NCBI GenBank assembly: GCA_964057225.1
Contig: OZ059900.1
Coordinates: forward strand, 5,084,001-5,148,000
Direction of reading: 5' to 3'
Source: Auanema rhodensis
Taxonomy: Eukaryota; Animalia; Nematoda
Length of the DNA: 64,000 nucleotides
Part shown: in pieces, positions 40,001-55,200 of the stretch
Position numbering within the stretch: position 1 is the first letter of the stretch
Layout of the letters: each line of letters begins with the position of its first letter
The notes under the pieces: generated by a model
Told to the model about the DNA's origin: nothing
The model's database searches: none
The model's input: the letters and a program-made list of their open reading frames with translations, nothing else
Translations under genes and position numbers: made by a program

Positions 40001-43000
40001 GTAATAAATGTTTTGAGAGTATCGTGAAAACAAGTTGGAAAAAAATTTTTTTCTGGACTGTGAGCCATTCGCATGGCTTAATCCTTGAGGAAAGCTACAG
40101 CGCTGACAGATTCAATCAAGTTTAAAAAAAAATTTTTTTTTTTCAATTCAGATGTTGAAACTCTTTAAAAATGTGTAATAAATGTTTTGAGAGTATCGTG
40201 AAAACAAGTTGGAAAAAAATTTTTTTTTGGACTGTGAGCCATTCGCATGGCTTAATCCTTGAGGAAAGCTACAGCGCTGACAGATTCAATCAAGTTTAAA
40301 AAAAAAAATTTTTTTTTAATTCAGATGTTGAAACTCTTTAAAAAGGTGTAATAAATGTTTTGAGAGTATCGTGAAAACCAGTTGGAAAAAAAATTTTTTT
40401 TGGACTGTGAGCCATTCGCATGGCTTAATCCTTGAGGAAAGCTACAGCGCTGACAGATTCAATCAAGTTTAAAAAAAAAAATTTTTTTTTAATTCAGATG
40501 TTGACACTCTTTGAAAATGTGTAATAAATGTTTTGAGAGTATCGTGAAAACAAGTTGGAAAAAAACTTTTTTTTGGACTTGGAAATTTTTTTTGGACTGT
40601 GAGCCATTCGCATGGCTTAATCCTTGAGGAAAGCTACAGCGCTGACAGATTCAATCAAGTTAAAAAAAATTTTTTTTTTCAATTCAGATGTTGAAACTCT
40701 TTAAAAATGTGTAATAAATGTTTTGAGAGTATCGTGAAAACAAGTTGGAAAAAAATTTTTTTCTGGACTGTGAGCCATTCGCATGGCTTAATCCTTGAGG
40801 AAAGCTACAGCGCTGACAGATTCAATCAAGTTTAAAAAAAAAAATTTTTTTTTCAATTCAGATGTTGAAACTCTTTAAAAATGTGTAATAAATGTTTTGA
40901 GAGTATCGTGAAAACAAGTTGGAAAAAAATTTTTTTTTGGACTGTGAGCCATTCGCATGGCTTAATCCTTGAGGAAAGCTACAGCGCTGACAGATTCAAT
41001 CAAGTTTAAAAAAAAAATTTTTTTTTTAATTCAGATGTTGAAACTCTTTAAAAAGGTGTAATAAATGTTTTGAGAGTATCGTGAAAACCAGTTGGAAAAA
41101 AAATTTTTTTTGGACTGTGAGCCATTCGCATGGCTTAATCGTTGAGGAAAGCTACAGCGCTGACAGATTCAATCAAGTTTAAAAAAAAAATTTTTTTTTC
41201 AATTCAGATGTTGAAACTCTTTAAAAATGTGTAAAAAATGTTTTGAGAGTATCGTGAAAACAAGTTGGGAAAAAAATTTTTTTGGGACTTGGAAATTTTT
41301 TTTGGACTGTGAGCCATTCGCATGGCTTAATCCTTGAGGAAAGCTACAGCGCTGACAGATTCAATCAAGTTTAAAAAAAAAATTTTTTTTTCAATTCAGA
41401 TGTTGAAACTCTTTAAAAATGTGTAATGAATGTTTTGAGAGTATCGTGAAAACAAGTTGGAAAAAAATTTTTTTTTGGACTGTGAGTCATTCGCATGGCT
41501 TAATCGTTGAGGAAAGCTACAGCGCTGACAGATTCAATCAAGTTTAAAAAAAATTTTTTTTTTCAATTCAGATGTTGAAACTCTTTAAAAATGTGTAAAA
41601 AATGTTTTGAGAGTATCGTGAAAACAAGTTGGGAAAAAAATTTTTTTGGGACTTGGAAATTTTTTTTGGTCTGTGAGCCATTCGTATGGCTTAATCCTTG
41701 AGGAAAGCTACAGCGCTGACAGATTCAATCAAGTTTAAAAAAAAAATTTTTTTTTCAATTCAGATGTTGAAACTCTTTAAGAATGTGTAAAAAATGTTTT
41801 GAGAGTATCGGGAAAACAAGTTGGAAAAAAATTTTTTTTTGGACTTGGAAATTTTTTTTGGTCTGTGAGCCATTCGCATGGCTTAATCCTTGAGGAAAGC
41901 TACAGCGCTGACAGATTCAATCAAGTTAAAAAAAAAATTTTTTTTCAATTCAGATGTTGACACTCTTTAAAAATGTGTAATAAATGTTTTGAGAGTATCG
42001 TGAAAACAAGTTGGAAAAAAACTTTTTTTTGGACTTGGAAATTTTTTTTGGACTGTGAGCCATTCGCATGGCTTAATCCTTGAGGAAAGCTACAGCGCTG
42101 ACAGATTCAATCAAGTTTAAAAAAAATTTTTTTTTCAATTCAGATGTTGAAACTCTTTAAAAATGTGTAATAAATGTTTTGAGAGTATCGTGAAAACAAG
42201 TTGGAAAAAAATTTTTTTCTGGACTGTGAGCCATTCGCATGGCTTAATCCTTGAGGAAAGCTACAGCGCTGACAGATTCAATCAAGTTTAAAAAAAAAAA
42301 TTTTTTTTTCAATTCAGATGTTGAAACTCTTTAAAAATGTGTAATAAATGTTTTGAGAGTATCGTGAAAACAAGTTGGAAAAAAATTTTTTTTTGGACTG
42401 TGAGCCATTCGCATGGCTTAATCCTTGAGGAAAGCTACAGCGCTGACAGATTCAATCAAGTTTAAAAAAAAAATTTTTTTTTTAATTCAGATGTTGAAAC
42501 TCTTTAAAAAGGTGTAATAAATGTTTTGAGAGTATCGTGAAAACCAGTTGGAAAAAAAATTTTTTTTGGACTGTGAGCCATTCGCATGGCTTAATCGTTG
42601 AGGAAAGCTACAGCGCTGACAGATTCAATCAAGTTTAAAAAAAAAATTTTTTTTTCAATTCAGATGTTGAAACTCTTTAAAAATGTGTAAAAAATGTTTT
42701 GAGAGTATCGTGAAAACAAGTTGGGAAAAAAATTTTTTTGGGACTTGGAAATTTTTTTTGGACTGTGAGCCATTCGCATGGCTTAATCCTTGAGGAAAGC
42801 TACAGCGCTGACAGATTCAATCAAGTTTAAAAAAAAAATTTTTTTTTTCAATTCAGATGTTGAAACTCTTTAAAAATGTGTAAAAAATGTTTTGAGAGTA
42901 TCGTGAAAACAAGTTGGGAAAAAAATTTTTTTTTGGTCTGTGAGCCATTCGCATGGGTTAATCGTTGAGGAGAGCTACAGCGCTGACAGATTCAATCAAG

Positions 43001-43659
43001 TTTAAAAAAAAAATTTTTTTTTCAATTCAGATGTTGAAACTCTTTAAAAATGTGTAAAAAATGTTTTGAGAGTATCGTGAAAACAAGTTGGGAAAAAAAT
43101 TTTTTTGGGACTTGGAAATTTTTTTTGGACTGTGAGCCATTCGCATGGCTTAATCGTTGAGGAGAGCTACAGCGCTGACAGATTCAATCAAGTTTAAAAA
43201 AAAATTTTTTTTTTCAATTCAGATGTTGAAACTCTTTAAAAATGTGTAATAAATGTTTTGAGAGTATCGTGAAAACAAGTTGGAAAAAAATTTTTTTTTG
43301 GTCTGTGAGCCATTCGCATGGGTTAATCGTTGAGGAGAGCTACAGCGCTGACAGATTCAATCAAGTTTAAAAAAAAATTTTTTTTTCAATTCAGATGTTG
43401 AAACTCTTTAAAAATGTGTAAAAAATGTTTTGAGAGTATCGTGAAAACAAGTTGGGAAAAAAATTTTTTTGGGACTTGGAAATTTTTTTTGGACTGTGAG
43501 CCATTCGCATGGCTTAATCCTTGAGGAAAGCTACAGCGCTGACAGATTCAATCAAGTTTAAAAAAAAAATTTTTTTTTTCAATTCAGATGTTGAAACTCT
43601 TTAAAAATGTGTAAAAAATGTTTTGAGAGTATCGTGAAAACAAGTTGGAAAAAAATTTT

Positions 43660-46600
43660 TTTTTGGACTGTGAGCCATTCGCATGGCTTAATCCTTGAGG
43701 AAAGCTACAGCGCTGACAGATTCAATCAAGTTTAAAAAAAAAATTTTTTTTTTAATTCAGATGTTGAAACTCTTTAAAAAGGTGTAATAAATGTTTTGAG
43801 AGTATCGTGAAAACCAGTTGGAAAAAAAATTTTTTTTGGACTGTGAGCCATTCGTATGGCTTAATCCTTGAGGAAAGCTACAGCGCTGACAGATTCAATC
43901 AAGTTTAAAAAAAAATTTTTTTTTTCAATTCAGATGTTGAAACTCTTTAAGAATGTGTAAAAAATGTTTTGAGAGTATCGTGAAAACAAGTTGGAAAAAA
44001 ATTTTTTTTTGGACTTGGAAATTTTTTTTGGTCTGTGAGCCATTCGCATGGCTTAATCCTTGAGGAAAGCTACAGCGCTGACAGATTCAATCAAGTTTAA
44101 AAAAAAAATTTTTTTCAATTCAGATGTTGACACTCTTTGAAAATGTGTAATAAATGTTTTGAGAGTATCGTGAAAACAAGTTGGAAAAAAACTTTTTTTT
44201 GGACTTGGAAATTTTTTTTGGACTGTGAGCCATTCGCATGGCTTAATCCTTGAGGAAAGCTACAGCGCTGACAGATTCAATCAAGTTTAAAAAAAATTTT
44301 TTTTTTCAATTCAGATGTTGAAACTCTTTAAAAATGTGTAATAAATGTTTTGAGAGTATCGTGAAAACAAGTTGGAAAAAAATTTTTTTCTGGACTGTGA
44401 GCCATTCGCATGGCTTAATCCTTGAGGAAAGCTACAGCGCTGACAGATTCAATCAAGTTTAAAAAAAAAAATTTTTTTTTCAATTCAGATGTTGAAACTC
44501 TTTAAAAATGTGTAATAAATGTTTTGAGAGTATCGTGAAAACAAGTTGGAAAAAAATTTTTTTTTGGACTGTGAGCCATTCGCATGGCTTAATCCTTGAG
44601 GAAAGCTACAGCGCTGACAGATTCAATCAAGTTTAAAAAAAAATTTTTTTTTTCAATTCAGATGTTGAAACTCTTTAAAAATGTGTAATAAATGTTTTGA
44701 GAGTATCGTGAAAACAAGTTGGAAAAAAACTTTTTTTTGGACTTGGAAATTTTTTTTGGACTGTGAGCCATTCGCATGGCTTAATCCTTGAGGAAAGCTA
44801 CAGCGCTGACAGATTCAATCAAGTTTAAAAAAATTTTTTTTTTCAATTCAGATGTTGAAACTCTTTAAAAATGTGTAATAAATGTTTTGAGAGTATCGTG
44901 AAAACAAGTTGGAAAAAAATTTTTTTCTGGACTGTGAGCCATTCGCATGGCTTAATCCTTGAGGAAAGCTACAGCGCTGACAGATTCAATCAAGTTTAAA
45001 AAAAAATTTTTTTTTTTCAATTCAGATGTTGAAACTCTTTAAAAATGTGTAATAAATGTTTTGAGAGTATCGTGAAAACAAGTTGGAAAAAAATTTTTTT
45101 TTGGACTGTGAGCCATTCGCATGGCTTAATCCTTGAGGAAAGCTACAGCGCTGACAGATTCAATCAAGTTTAAAAAAAAAATTTTTTTTTTAATTCAGAT
45201 GTTGAAACTCTTTAAAAAGGTGTAATAAATGTTTTGAGAGTATCGTGAAAACCAGTTGGAAAAAAAATTTTTTTTGGACTGTGAGCCATTCGCATGGCTT
45301 AATCGTTGAGGAAAGCTACAGCGCTGACAGATTCAATCAAGTTTAAAAAAAAAATTTTTTTTTCAATTCAGATGTTGAAACTCTTTAAAAATGTGTAAAA
45401 AATGTTTTGAGAGTATCGTGAAAACAAGTTGGGAAAAAAATTTTTTTGGGACTTGGAAATTTTTTTTGGACTGTGAGCCATTCGCATGGCTTAATCCTTG
45501 AGGAAAGCTACAGCGCTGACAGATTCAATCAAGTTTAAAAAAAAATTTTTTTTTTCAATTCAGATGTTGAAACTCTTTAAAAATGTGTAATGAATGTTTT
45601 GAGAGTATCGTGAAAACAAGTTGGAAAAAAATTTTTTTTTGGACTGTGAGTCATTCGCATGGCTTAATCGTTGAGGAAAACTACAGCGCTGACAGATTCA
45701 ATCAAGTTTAAAAAAAAAATTTTTTTTTCAATTCAGATGTTGAAACTCTTTAAAAATGTGTAAAAAATGTTTTGAGAGTATCGTGAAAACAAGTTGGGAA
45801 AAAAATTTTTTTTTGGTCTGTGAGCCATTCGCATGGCTTAATCCTTGAGGAAAGCTACAGCGATGACAGATTCAATCAAGTTTAAAAAAAAAATTTTTTT
45901 TTCAATTCAGATGTTGAAACTCTTTAAAAATGTGTAAAAAATGTTTTGAGAGTATCGTGAAAACAAGTTGGGAAAAAAATTTTTTTGGGACTGTGAGCCA
46001 TTCGCATGGCTTAATCCTTGAGGAAAGCTACAGCGCTGACAGATTCAATCAAGTTTAAAAAAAAAATTTTTTTTTTAATTCAGATGTTGAAACTCTTTAA
46101 AAAGGTGTAATAAATGTTTTGAGAGTATCGTGAAAACCAGTTGGAAAAAAAATTTTTTTTGGACTGTGAGCCATTCGTATGGCTTAATCCTTGAGGAAAG
46201 CTACAGCGCTGACAGATTCAATCAAGTTTAAAAAAAAATTTTTTTTTTCAATTCAGATGTTGAAACTCTTTAAGAATGTGTAAAAAATGTTTTGAGAGTA
46301 TCGTGAAAACAAGTTGGAAAAAAATTTTTTTTTGGACTTGGAAATTTTTTTTGGTCTGTGAGCCATTCGCATGGCTTAATCCTTGAGGAAAGCTACAGCG
46401 CTGACAGATTCAATCAAGTTTAAAAAAAAAATTTTTTTCAATTCAGATGTTGACACTCTTTGAAAATGTGTAATAAATGTTTTGAGAGTATCGTGAAAAC
46501 AAGTTGGAAAAAAACTTTTTTTTGGACTTGGAAATTTTTTTTGGACTGTGAGCCATTCGCATGGCTTAATCCTTGAGGAAAGCTACAGCGCTGACAGATT

Positions 46601-48500
46601 CAATCAAGTTTAAAAAAAATTTTTTTTTTCAATTCAGATGTTGAAACTCTTTAAAAATGTGTAATAAATGTTTTGAGAGTATCGTGAAAACAAGTTGGAA
46701 AAAAATTTTTTTCTGGACTGTGAGCCATTCGCATGGCTTAATCCTTGAGGAAAGCTACAGCGCTGACAGATTCAATCAAGTTTAAAAAAAAAAATTTTTT
46801 TTTCAATTCAGATGTTGAAACTCTTTAAAAATGTGTAATAAATGTTTTGAGAGTATCGTGAAAACAAGTTGGAAAAAAATTTTTTTTTGGACTGTGAGCC
46901 ATTCGCATGGCTTAATCCTTGAGGAAAGCTACAGCGCTGACAGATTCAATCAAGTTAAAAAAAAAATTTTTTTTTTCAATTCAGATGTTGAAACTCTTTA
47001 AAAATGTGTAATAAATGTTTTGAGAGTATCGTGAAAACAAGTTGGAAAAAAACTTTTTTTTGGACTTGGAAATTTTTTTTGGACTGTGAGCCATTCGCAT
47101 GGCTTAATCCTTGAGGAAAGCTACAGCGCTGACAGATTCAATCAAGTTTAAAAAAATTTTTTTTTTCAATTCAGATGTTGAAACTCTTTAAAAATGTGTA
47201 ATAAATGTTTTGAGAGTATCGTGAAAACAAGTTGGAAAAAAATTTTTTTCTGGACTGTGAGCCATTCGCATGGCTTAATCCTTGAGGAAAGCTACAGCGC
47301 TGACAGATTCAATCAAGTTTAAAAAAAAATTTTTTTTTTTCAATTCAGATGTTGAAACTCTTTAAAAATGTGTAATAAATGTTTTGAGAGTATCGTGAAA
47401 ACAAGTTGGAAAAAAATTTTTTTTTGGACTGTGAGCCATTCGCATGGCTTAATCCTTGAGGAAAGCTACAGCGCTGACAGATTCAATCAAGTTTAAAAAA
47501 AAAATTTTTTTTTTAATTCAGATGTTGAAACTCTTTAAAAAGGTGTAATAAATGTTTTGAGAGTATCGTGAAAACCAGTTGGAAAAAAAATTTTTTTTGG
47601 ACTGTGAGCCATTCGCATGGCTTAATCGTTGAGGAAAGCTACAGCGCTGACAGATTCAATCAAGTTTAAAAAAAAAATTTTTTTTTCAATTCAGATGTTG
47701 AAACTCTTTAAAAATGTGTAAAAAATGTTTTGAGAGTATCGTGAAAACAAGTTGGGAAAAAAATTTTTTTGGGACTTGGAAATTTTTTTTGGACTGTGAG
47801 CCATTCGCATGGCTTAATCCTTGAGGAAAGCTACAGCGCTGACAGATTCAATCAAGTTTAAAAAAAAATTTTTTTTTTCAATTCAGATGTTGAAACTCTT
47901 TAAAAATGTGTAATGAATGTTTTGAGAGTATCGTGAAAACAAGTTGGAAAAAAATTTTTTTTTGGACTGTGAGTCATTCGCATGGCTTAATCGTTGAGGA
48001 AAACTACAGCGCTGACAGATTCAATCAAGTTTAAAAAAAAAATTTTTTTTTCAATTCAGATGTTGAAACTCTTTAAAAATGTGTAAGAAATGTTTTGAGA
48101 GTATCGTGAAAACAAGTTGGGAAAAAAATTTTTTTTTGGTCTGTGAGCCATTCGCATGGCTTAATCCTTGAGGAAAGCTACAGCGCTGACAGATTCAATC
48201 AAGTTTAAAAAAAAAATTTTTTTTTCAATTCAGATGTTGAAACTCTTTAAAAATGTGTAAAAAATGTTTTGAGAGTATCGTGAAAACAAGTTGGGAAAAA
48301 AATTTTTTTGGGACTGTGAGCCATTCGCATGGCTTAATCCTTGAGGAAAGCTACAGCGCTGACAGATTCAATCAAGTTTAAAAAAAAAATTTTTTTTTTA
48401 ATTCAGATGTTGAAACTCTTTAAAAAGGTGTAATAAATGTTTTGAGAGTATCGTGAAAACCAGTTGGAAAAAAAATTTTTTTTGGACTGTGAGCCATTCG
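43660..48500 (+). repeat. Tandem block duplication, 2323-bp unit
   Basis: Paired markers: aagaat 43951/46274, gacact 44131/46454 and ggaaaacta 45681/48004. Confidence 0.88.
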
Positions 48501-51500
48501 CATGGCTTAATCGTTGAGGAAAGCTACAGCGCTGACAGATTCAATCAAAATTAAAAAAAAAATTTTTTTTTCAATTCAGATGTTGAAACTCTTTAAAAAT
48601 GTGTAATAAATGTTTTGAGAGTATCGTGAAAACCAGTTGGAAAAAAAATTTTTTTTGGACTGTGAGCCATTCGCATGGCTTAATCCTTGAGGAAAGCTAC
48701 AGCGCTGACAGATTCAATCAAGTTTAAAAAAAAATTTTTTTTTTCAATTCAGATGTTGAAACTCTTTAAAAATGTGTAATGAATGTTTTGAGAGTATCGT
48801 GAAAACAAGTTGGAAAAAAATTTTTTTTTGGACTGTGAGTCATTCGCATGGCTTAATCGTTGAGGAAAACTACAGCGCTGACAGATTCAATCAAGTTTAA
48901 AAAAAAAATTTTTTTTTCAATTCAGATGTTGAAACTCTTTAAAAATGTGTAAAAAATGTTTTGAGAGTATCGTGAAAACAAGTTGGGAAAAAAATTTTTT
49001 TGGGACTGTGAGCCATTCGCATGGCTTAATCCTTGAGGAAAGCTACAGCGCTGACAGATTCAATCAAGTTTAAAAAAAAAATTTTTTTTTTAATTCAGAT
49101 GTTGAAACTCTTTAAAAAGGTGTAATAAATGTTTTGAGAGTATCGTGAAAACCAGTTGGAAAAAAAATTTTTTTTGGACTGTGAGCCATTCGCATGGCTT
49201 AATCGTTGAGGAAAGCTACAGCGCTGACAGATTCAATCAAAATTAAAAAAAAAATTTTTTTTTCAATTCAGATGTTGAAACTCTTTAAAAATGTGTAATA
49301 AATGTTTTGAGAGTATCGTGAAAACCAGTTGGAAAAAAAATTTTTTTTGGACTGTGAGCCATTCGCATGGCTTAATCCTTGAGGAAAGCTACAGCGCTGA
49401 CAGATTCAATCAAGTTTAAAAAAAAATTTTTTTTTTCAATTCAGATGTTGAAACTCTTTAAAAATGTGTAATGAATGTTTTGAGAGTATCGTGAAAACAA
49501 GTTGGAAAAAAATTTTTTTTTGGACTGTGAGTCATTCGCATGGCTTAATCGTTGAGGAAAACTACAGCGCTGACAGATTCAATCAAGTTTAAAAAAAAAA
49601 TTTTTTTTTCAATTCAGATGTTGAAACTCTTTAAAAATGTGTAAAAAATGTTTTGAGAGTATCGTGAAAACAAGTTGGGAAAAAAATTTTTTTTTGGTCT
49701 GTGAGCCATTCGCATGGCTTAATCCTTGAGGAAAGCTACAGCGCTGACAGATTCAATCAAGTTTAAAAAAAAAATTTTTTTTTCAATTCAGATGTTGAAA
49801 CTCTTTAAAAATGTGTAAAAAATGTTTTGAGAGTATCGTGAAAACAAGTTGGGAAAAAAATTTTTTTGGGACTGTGAGCCATTCGCATGGCTTAATCGTT
49901 GAGGAAAGCTACAGCGCTGACAGATTCAATCAAGTTTAAAAAAAAAATTTTTTTTTCAATTCAGATGTTGAAACTCTTTAAAAATGTGTAAAAAATGTTT
50001 TGAGAGTATCGTGAAAACAAGTTGGGAAAAAAATTTTTTTGGGACTTGGAAATTTTTTTTGGACTGTGAGCCATTCGCATGGCTTAATCCTTGAGGAAAG
50101 CTACAGCGCTGACAGATTCAATCAAGTTTAAAAAAAAAATTTTTTTTTCAATTCAGATGTTGAAACTCTTTAAAAATGTGTAAGAAATGTTTTGAGAGTA
50201 TCGTGAAAACAAGTTGGGAAAAAAATTTTTTTTTGGTCTGTGAGCCATTCGCATGGCTTAATCCTTGAGGAAAGCTACAGCGCTGACAGATTCAATCAAG
50301 TTTAAAAAAAAAATTTTTTTTTCAATTCAGATGTTGAAACTCTTTAAAAATGTGTAAAAAATGTTTTGAGAGTATCGTGAAAACAAGTTGGGAAAAAAAT
50401 TTTTTTGGGACTGTGAGCCATTCGCATGGCTTAATCCTTGAGGAAAGCTACAGCGCTGACAGATTCAATCAAGTTTAAAAAAAAAATTTTTTTTTTAATT
50501 CAGATGTTGAAACTCTTTAAAAAGGTGTAATAAATGTTTTGAGAGTATCGTGAAAACCAGTTGGAAAAAAAATTTTTTTTGGACTGTGAGCCATTCGCAT
50601 GGCTTAATCGTTGAGGAAAGCTACAGCGCTGACAGATTCAATCAAAATTAAAAAAAAAATTTTTTTTTCAATTCAGATGTTGAAACTCTTTAAAAATGTG
50701 TAATAAATGTTTTGAGAGTATCGTGAAAACCAGTTGGAAAAAAAATTTTTTTTGGACTGTGAGCCATTCGCATGGCTTAATCCTTGAGGAAAGCTACAGC
50801 GCTGACAGATTCAATCAAGTTTAAAAAAAAATTTTTTTTTTCAATTCAGATGTTGAAACTCTTTAAAAATGTGTAATGAATGTTTTGAGAGTATCGTGAA
50901 AACAAGTTGGAAAAAAATTTTTTTTTGGACTGTGAGTCATTCGCATGGCTTAATCGTTGAGGAAAACTACAGCGCTGACAGATTCAATCAAGTTTAAAAA
51001 AAAAATTTTTTTTTCAATTCAGATGTTGAAACTCTTTAAAAATGTGTAAAAAATGTTTTGAGAGTATCGTGAAAACAAGTTGGGAAAAAAATTTTTTTGG
51101 GACTGTGAGCCATTCGCATGGCTTAATCCTTGAGGAAAGCTACAGCGCTGACAGATTCAATCAAGTTTAAAAAAAAAATTTTTTTTTTAATTCAGATGTT
51201 GAAACTCTTTAAAAAGGTGTAATAAATGTTTTGAGAGTATCGTGAAAACCAGTTGGAAAAAAAATTTTTTTTGGACTGTGAGCCATTCGCATGGCTTAAT
51301 CGTTGAGGAAAGCTACAGCGCTGACAGATTCAATCAAAATTAAAAAAAAAATTTTTTTTTCAATTCAGATGTTGAAACTCTTTAAAAATGTGTAATAAAT
51401 GTTTTGAGAGTATCGTGAAAACCAGTTGGAAAAAAAATTTTTTTTGGACTGTGAGCCATTCGCATGGCTTAATCCTTGAGGAAAGCTACAGCGCTGACAG

Positions 51501-52212
51501 ATTCAATCAAGTTTAAAAAAAAATTTTTTTTTTCAATTCAGATGTTGAAACTCTTTAAAAATGTGTAATGAATGTTTTGAGAGTATCGTGAAAACAAGTT
51601 GGAAAAAAATTTTTTTTTGGACTGTGAGTCATTCGCATGGCTTAATCGTTGAGGAAAACTACAGCGCTGACAGATTCAATCAAGTTTAAAAAAAAAATTT
51701 TTTTTTCAATTCAGATGTTGAAACTCTTTAAAAATGTGTAAAAAATGTTTTGAGAGTATCGTGAAAACAAGTTGGGAAAAAAATTTTTTTTTGGTCTGTG
51801 AGCCATTCGCATGGCTTAATCCTTGAGGAAAGCTACAGCGCTGACAGATTCAATCAAGTTTAAAAAAAAAATTTTTTTTTCAATTCAGATGTTGAAACTC
51901 TTTAAAAATGTGTAAAAAATGTTTTGAGAGTATCGTGAAAACAAGTTGGGAAAAAAATTTTTTTGGGACTGTGAGCCATTCGCATGGCTTAATCGTTGAG
52001 GAAAGCTACAGCGCTGACAGATTCAATCAAGTTTAAAAAAAAAATTTTTTTTTCAATTCAGATGTTGAAACTCTTTAAAAATGTGTAAAAAATGTTTTGA
52101 GAGTATCGTGAAAACAAGTTGGGAAAAAAATTTTTTTGGGACTTGGAAATTTTTTTTGGACTGTGAGCCATTCGCATGGCTTAATCCTTGAGGAAAGCTA
52201 CAGCGCTGACAG
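48019..52212 (+). repeat. Tandem block duplication, 2097-bp 12-mer with a nested 692-bp 4-mer
   Basis: Monomers with aatcaaaatt start at 48539, 49231, 50636 and 51328. gtaagaaa is at 48087 and 50184. Confidence 0.9.
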
Positions 52213-55200
52213 ATTCAATCAAGTTTAAAAAAAAATTTTTTTTTTCAATTCAGATGTTGAAACTCTTTAAAAATGTGTAATGAATGTTTTGAGAGTATCG
52301 TGAAAACAAGTTGGAAAAAAATTTTTTTTTGGACTGTGAGTCATTCGCATGGCTTAATCGTTGAGGAAAGCTACAGCGCTGACAGATTCAATCAAGTTTA
52401 AAAAAAAAATTTTTTTTTCAATTCAGATGTTGAAACTCTTTAAAAATGTGTAAAAAATGTTTTGAGAGTATCGTGAAAACAAGTTGGGAAAAAAATTTTT
52501 TTTTGGTCTGTGAGCCATTCGCATGGGTTAATCGTTGAGGAGAGCTACAGCGCTGACAGATTCAATCAAGTTTAAAAAAAAAATTTTTTTTTCAATTCAG
52601 ATGTTGAAACTCTTTAAAAATGTGTAAAAAATGTTTTGAGAGTATCGTGAAAACAAGTTGGGAAAAAAATTTTTTTGGGACTTGGAAATTTTTTTTGGAC
52701 TGTGAGCCATTCGCATGGCTTAATCGTTGAGGAGAGCTACAGCGCTGACAGATTTAATCAAGTTTAAAAAAAAATTTTTTTTTCAATTCAGATGTTGAAA
52801 CTCTTTAAAAATGTGTAATAAATGTTTTGAGAGTATCGTGAAAACAAGTTGGAAAAAAATTTTTTTTTGGTCTGTGAGCCATTCGCATGGGTTAATCGTT
52901 GAGGAGAGCTACAGCGCTGACAGATTCAATCAAGTTTAAAAAAAAAAATTTTTTTTCAATTCAGATGTTGAAACTCTTTAAAAATGTGTAAAAAATGTTT
53001 TGAGAGTATCGTGAAAACAAGTTGGGAAAAAAATTTTTTTGGGACTGTGAGCCATTCGCATGGCTTAATCCTTGAGGAAAGCTACAGCGCTGACAGATTC
53101 AATCAAGTTTAAAAAAAAAATTTTTTTTTTAATTCAGATGTTGAAACTCTTTAAAAAGGTGTAATAAATGTTTTGAGAGTATCGTGAAAACCAGTTGGAA
53201 AAAAAATTTTTTTTGGACTGTGAGCCATTCGCATGGCTTAATCGTTGAGGAAAGCTACAGCGCTGACAGATTCAATCAAGTTTAAAAAAAAAATTTTTTT
53301 TTCAATTCAGATGTTGAAACTCTTTAAAAATGTGTAAAAAATGTTTTGAGAGTATCGTGAAAACAAGTTGGGAAAAAAATTTTTTTGGGACTTGGAAATT
53401 TTTTTTGGACTGTGAGCCATTCGCATGGCTTAATCCTTGAGGAAAGCTACAGCGCTGACAGATTCAATCAAGTTTAAAAAAAAATTTTTTTTTTCAATTC
53501 AGATGTTGAAACTCTTTAAAAATGTGTAATGAATGTTTTGAGAGTATCGTGAAAACAAGTTGGAAAAAAATTTTTTTTTGGACTGTGAGTCATTCGCATG
53601 GCTTAATCGTTGAGGAAAGCTACAGCGCTGACAGATTCAATCAAGTTTAAAAAAAAAATTTTTTTTTCAATTCAGATGTTGAAACTCTTTAAAAATGTGT
53701 AAAAAATGTTTTGAGAGTATCGTGAAAACAAGTTGGGAAAAAAATTTTTTTGGGACTTGGAAATTTTTTTTGGACTGTGAGCCATTCGCATGGCTTAATC
53801 GTTGAGGAGAGCTACAGCGCTGACAGATTTAATCAAGTTTAAAAAAAAATTTTTTTTTCAATTCAGATGTTGAAACTCTTTAAAAATGTGTAATAAATGT
53901 TTTGAGAGTATCGTGAAAACAAGTTGGAAAAAAATTTTTTTTTGGTCTGTGAGCCATTCGCATGGGTTAATCGTTGAGGAGAGCTACAGCGCTGACAGAT
54001 TCAATCAAGTTTAAAAAAAAAATTTTTTTTTCAATTCAGATGTTGAAACTCTTTAAAAATGTGTAAAAAATGTTTTGAGAGTATCGTGAAAACAAGTTGG
54101 GAAAAAAATTTTTTTGGGACTTGGAAATTTTTTTTGGTCTGTGAGCCATTCGCATGGGTTAATCGTTGAGGAGAGCTACAGCGCTGACAGATTCAATCAA
54201 GTTTAAAAAAAAATTTTTTTTTTCAATTCAGATGTTGAAACTCTTTAAAAATGTGTAATAAATGTTTTGAGAGTATCGTGAAAAAAAGTTGGAAAAAAAT
54301 TTTTTTTTGGACTGTGAGCCATTCGCATGGCTTAATCCTTGAGGAAAGCTACAGCGCTGACAGATTCAATCAAGTTTAAAAAAAAATTTTTTTTTTCAAT
54401 TCAGATGTTGAAACTCTTTAAAAATGTGTAATAAATGTTTTGAGAGTATCGTGAAAACAAGTTGGAAAAAAATTTTTTTTTGGACTGTGAGCCATTCGCA
54501 TGGCTTAATCCTTGAGGAAAGCTACAGCGCTGACAGATTCAATCAAGTTTAAAAAAAAAATTTTTTTTTCAATTCAGATGTTGAAACTCTTTAAAAATGT
54601 GTAAAAAATGTTTTGAGAGTATCGTGAAAACAAGTTGGGAAAAAATTTTTTTGGGACTTGGAAATTTTTTTTGGACTGTGAGCCATTCGCATGGCTTAAT
54701 CCTTGAGGAAAGCTACAGCGCTGACAGATTCAATCAAGTTAAAAAAAAAAAAATTTTTTTTTCAATTCAGATGTTGAAACTCTTTAAAAATGTGTAATAA
54801 ATGTTTTGAGAGTATCGTGAAAACAAGTTGGAAAAAAATTTTTTTTTGGACTGTGAGCCATTCGCATGGCTTAATCCTTGAGGAAAGCTACAGCGCTGAC
54901 AGATTCAATCAAGTTTAAAAAAAAATTTTTTTTTTCAATTCAGATGTTGAAACTCTTTAAAAATGTGTAATAAATGTTTTGAGAGTATCGTGAAAACAAG
55001 TTGGAAAAAAATTTTTTTTTGGTCTGTGAGCCATTCGCATGGGTTAATCGTTGAGGAGAGCTACAGCGCTGACAGATTCAATCAAGTTTAAAAAAAAATT
55101 TTTTTTTCAATTCAGATGTTGAAACTCTTTAAAAATGTGTAATAAATGTTTTGAGAGTATCGTGAAAACAAGTTGGAAAAAAATTTTTTTTTGGACTGTG

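Noticed and set aside
54597-54797. 66-aa plus-strand ORF
   Set aside because: It is a chance open frame in the satellite, seen in a single monomer, with no recognisable domain.
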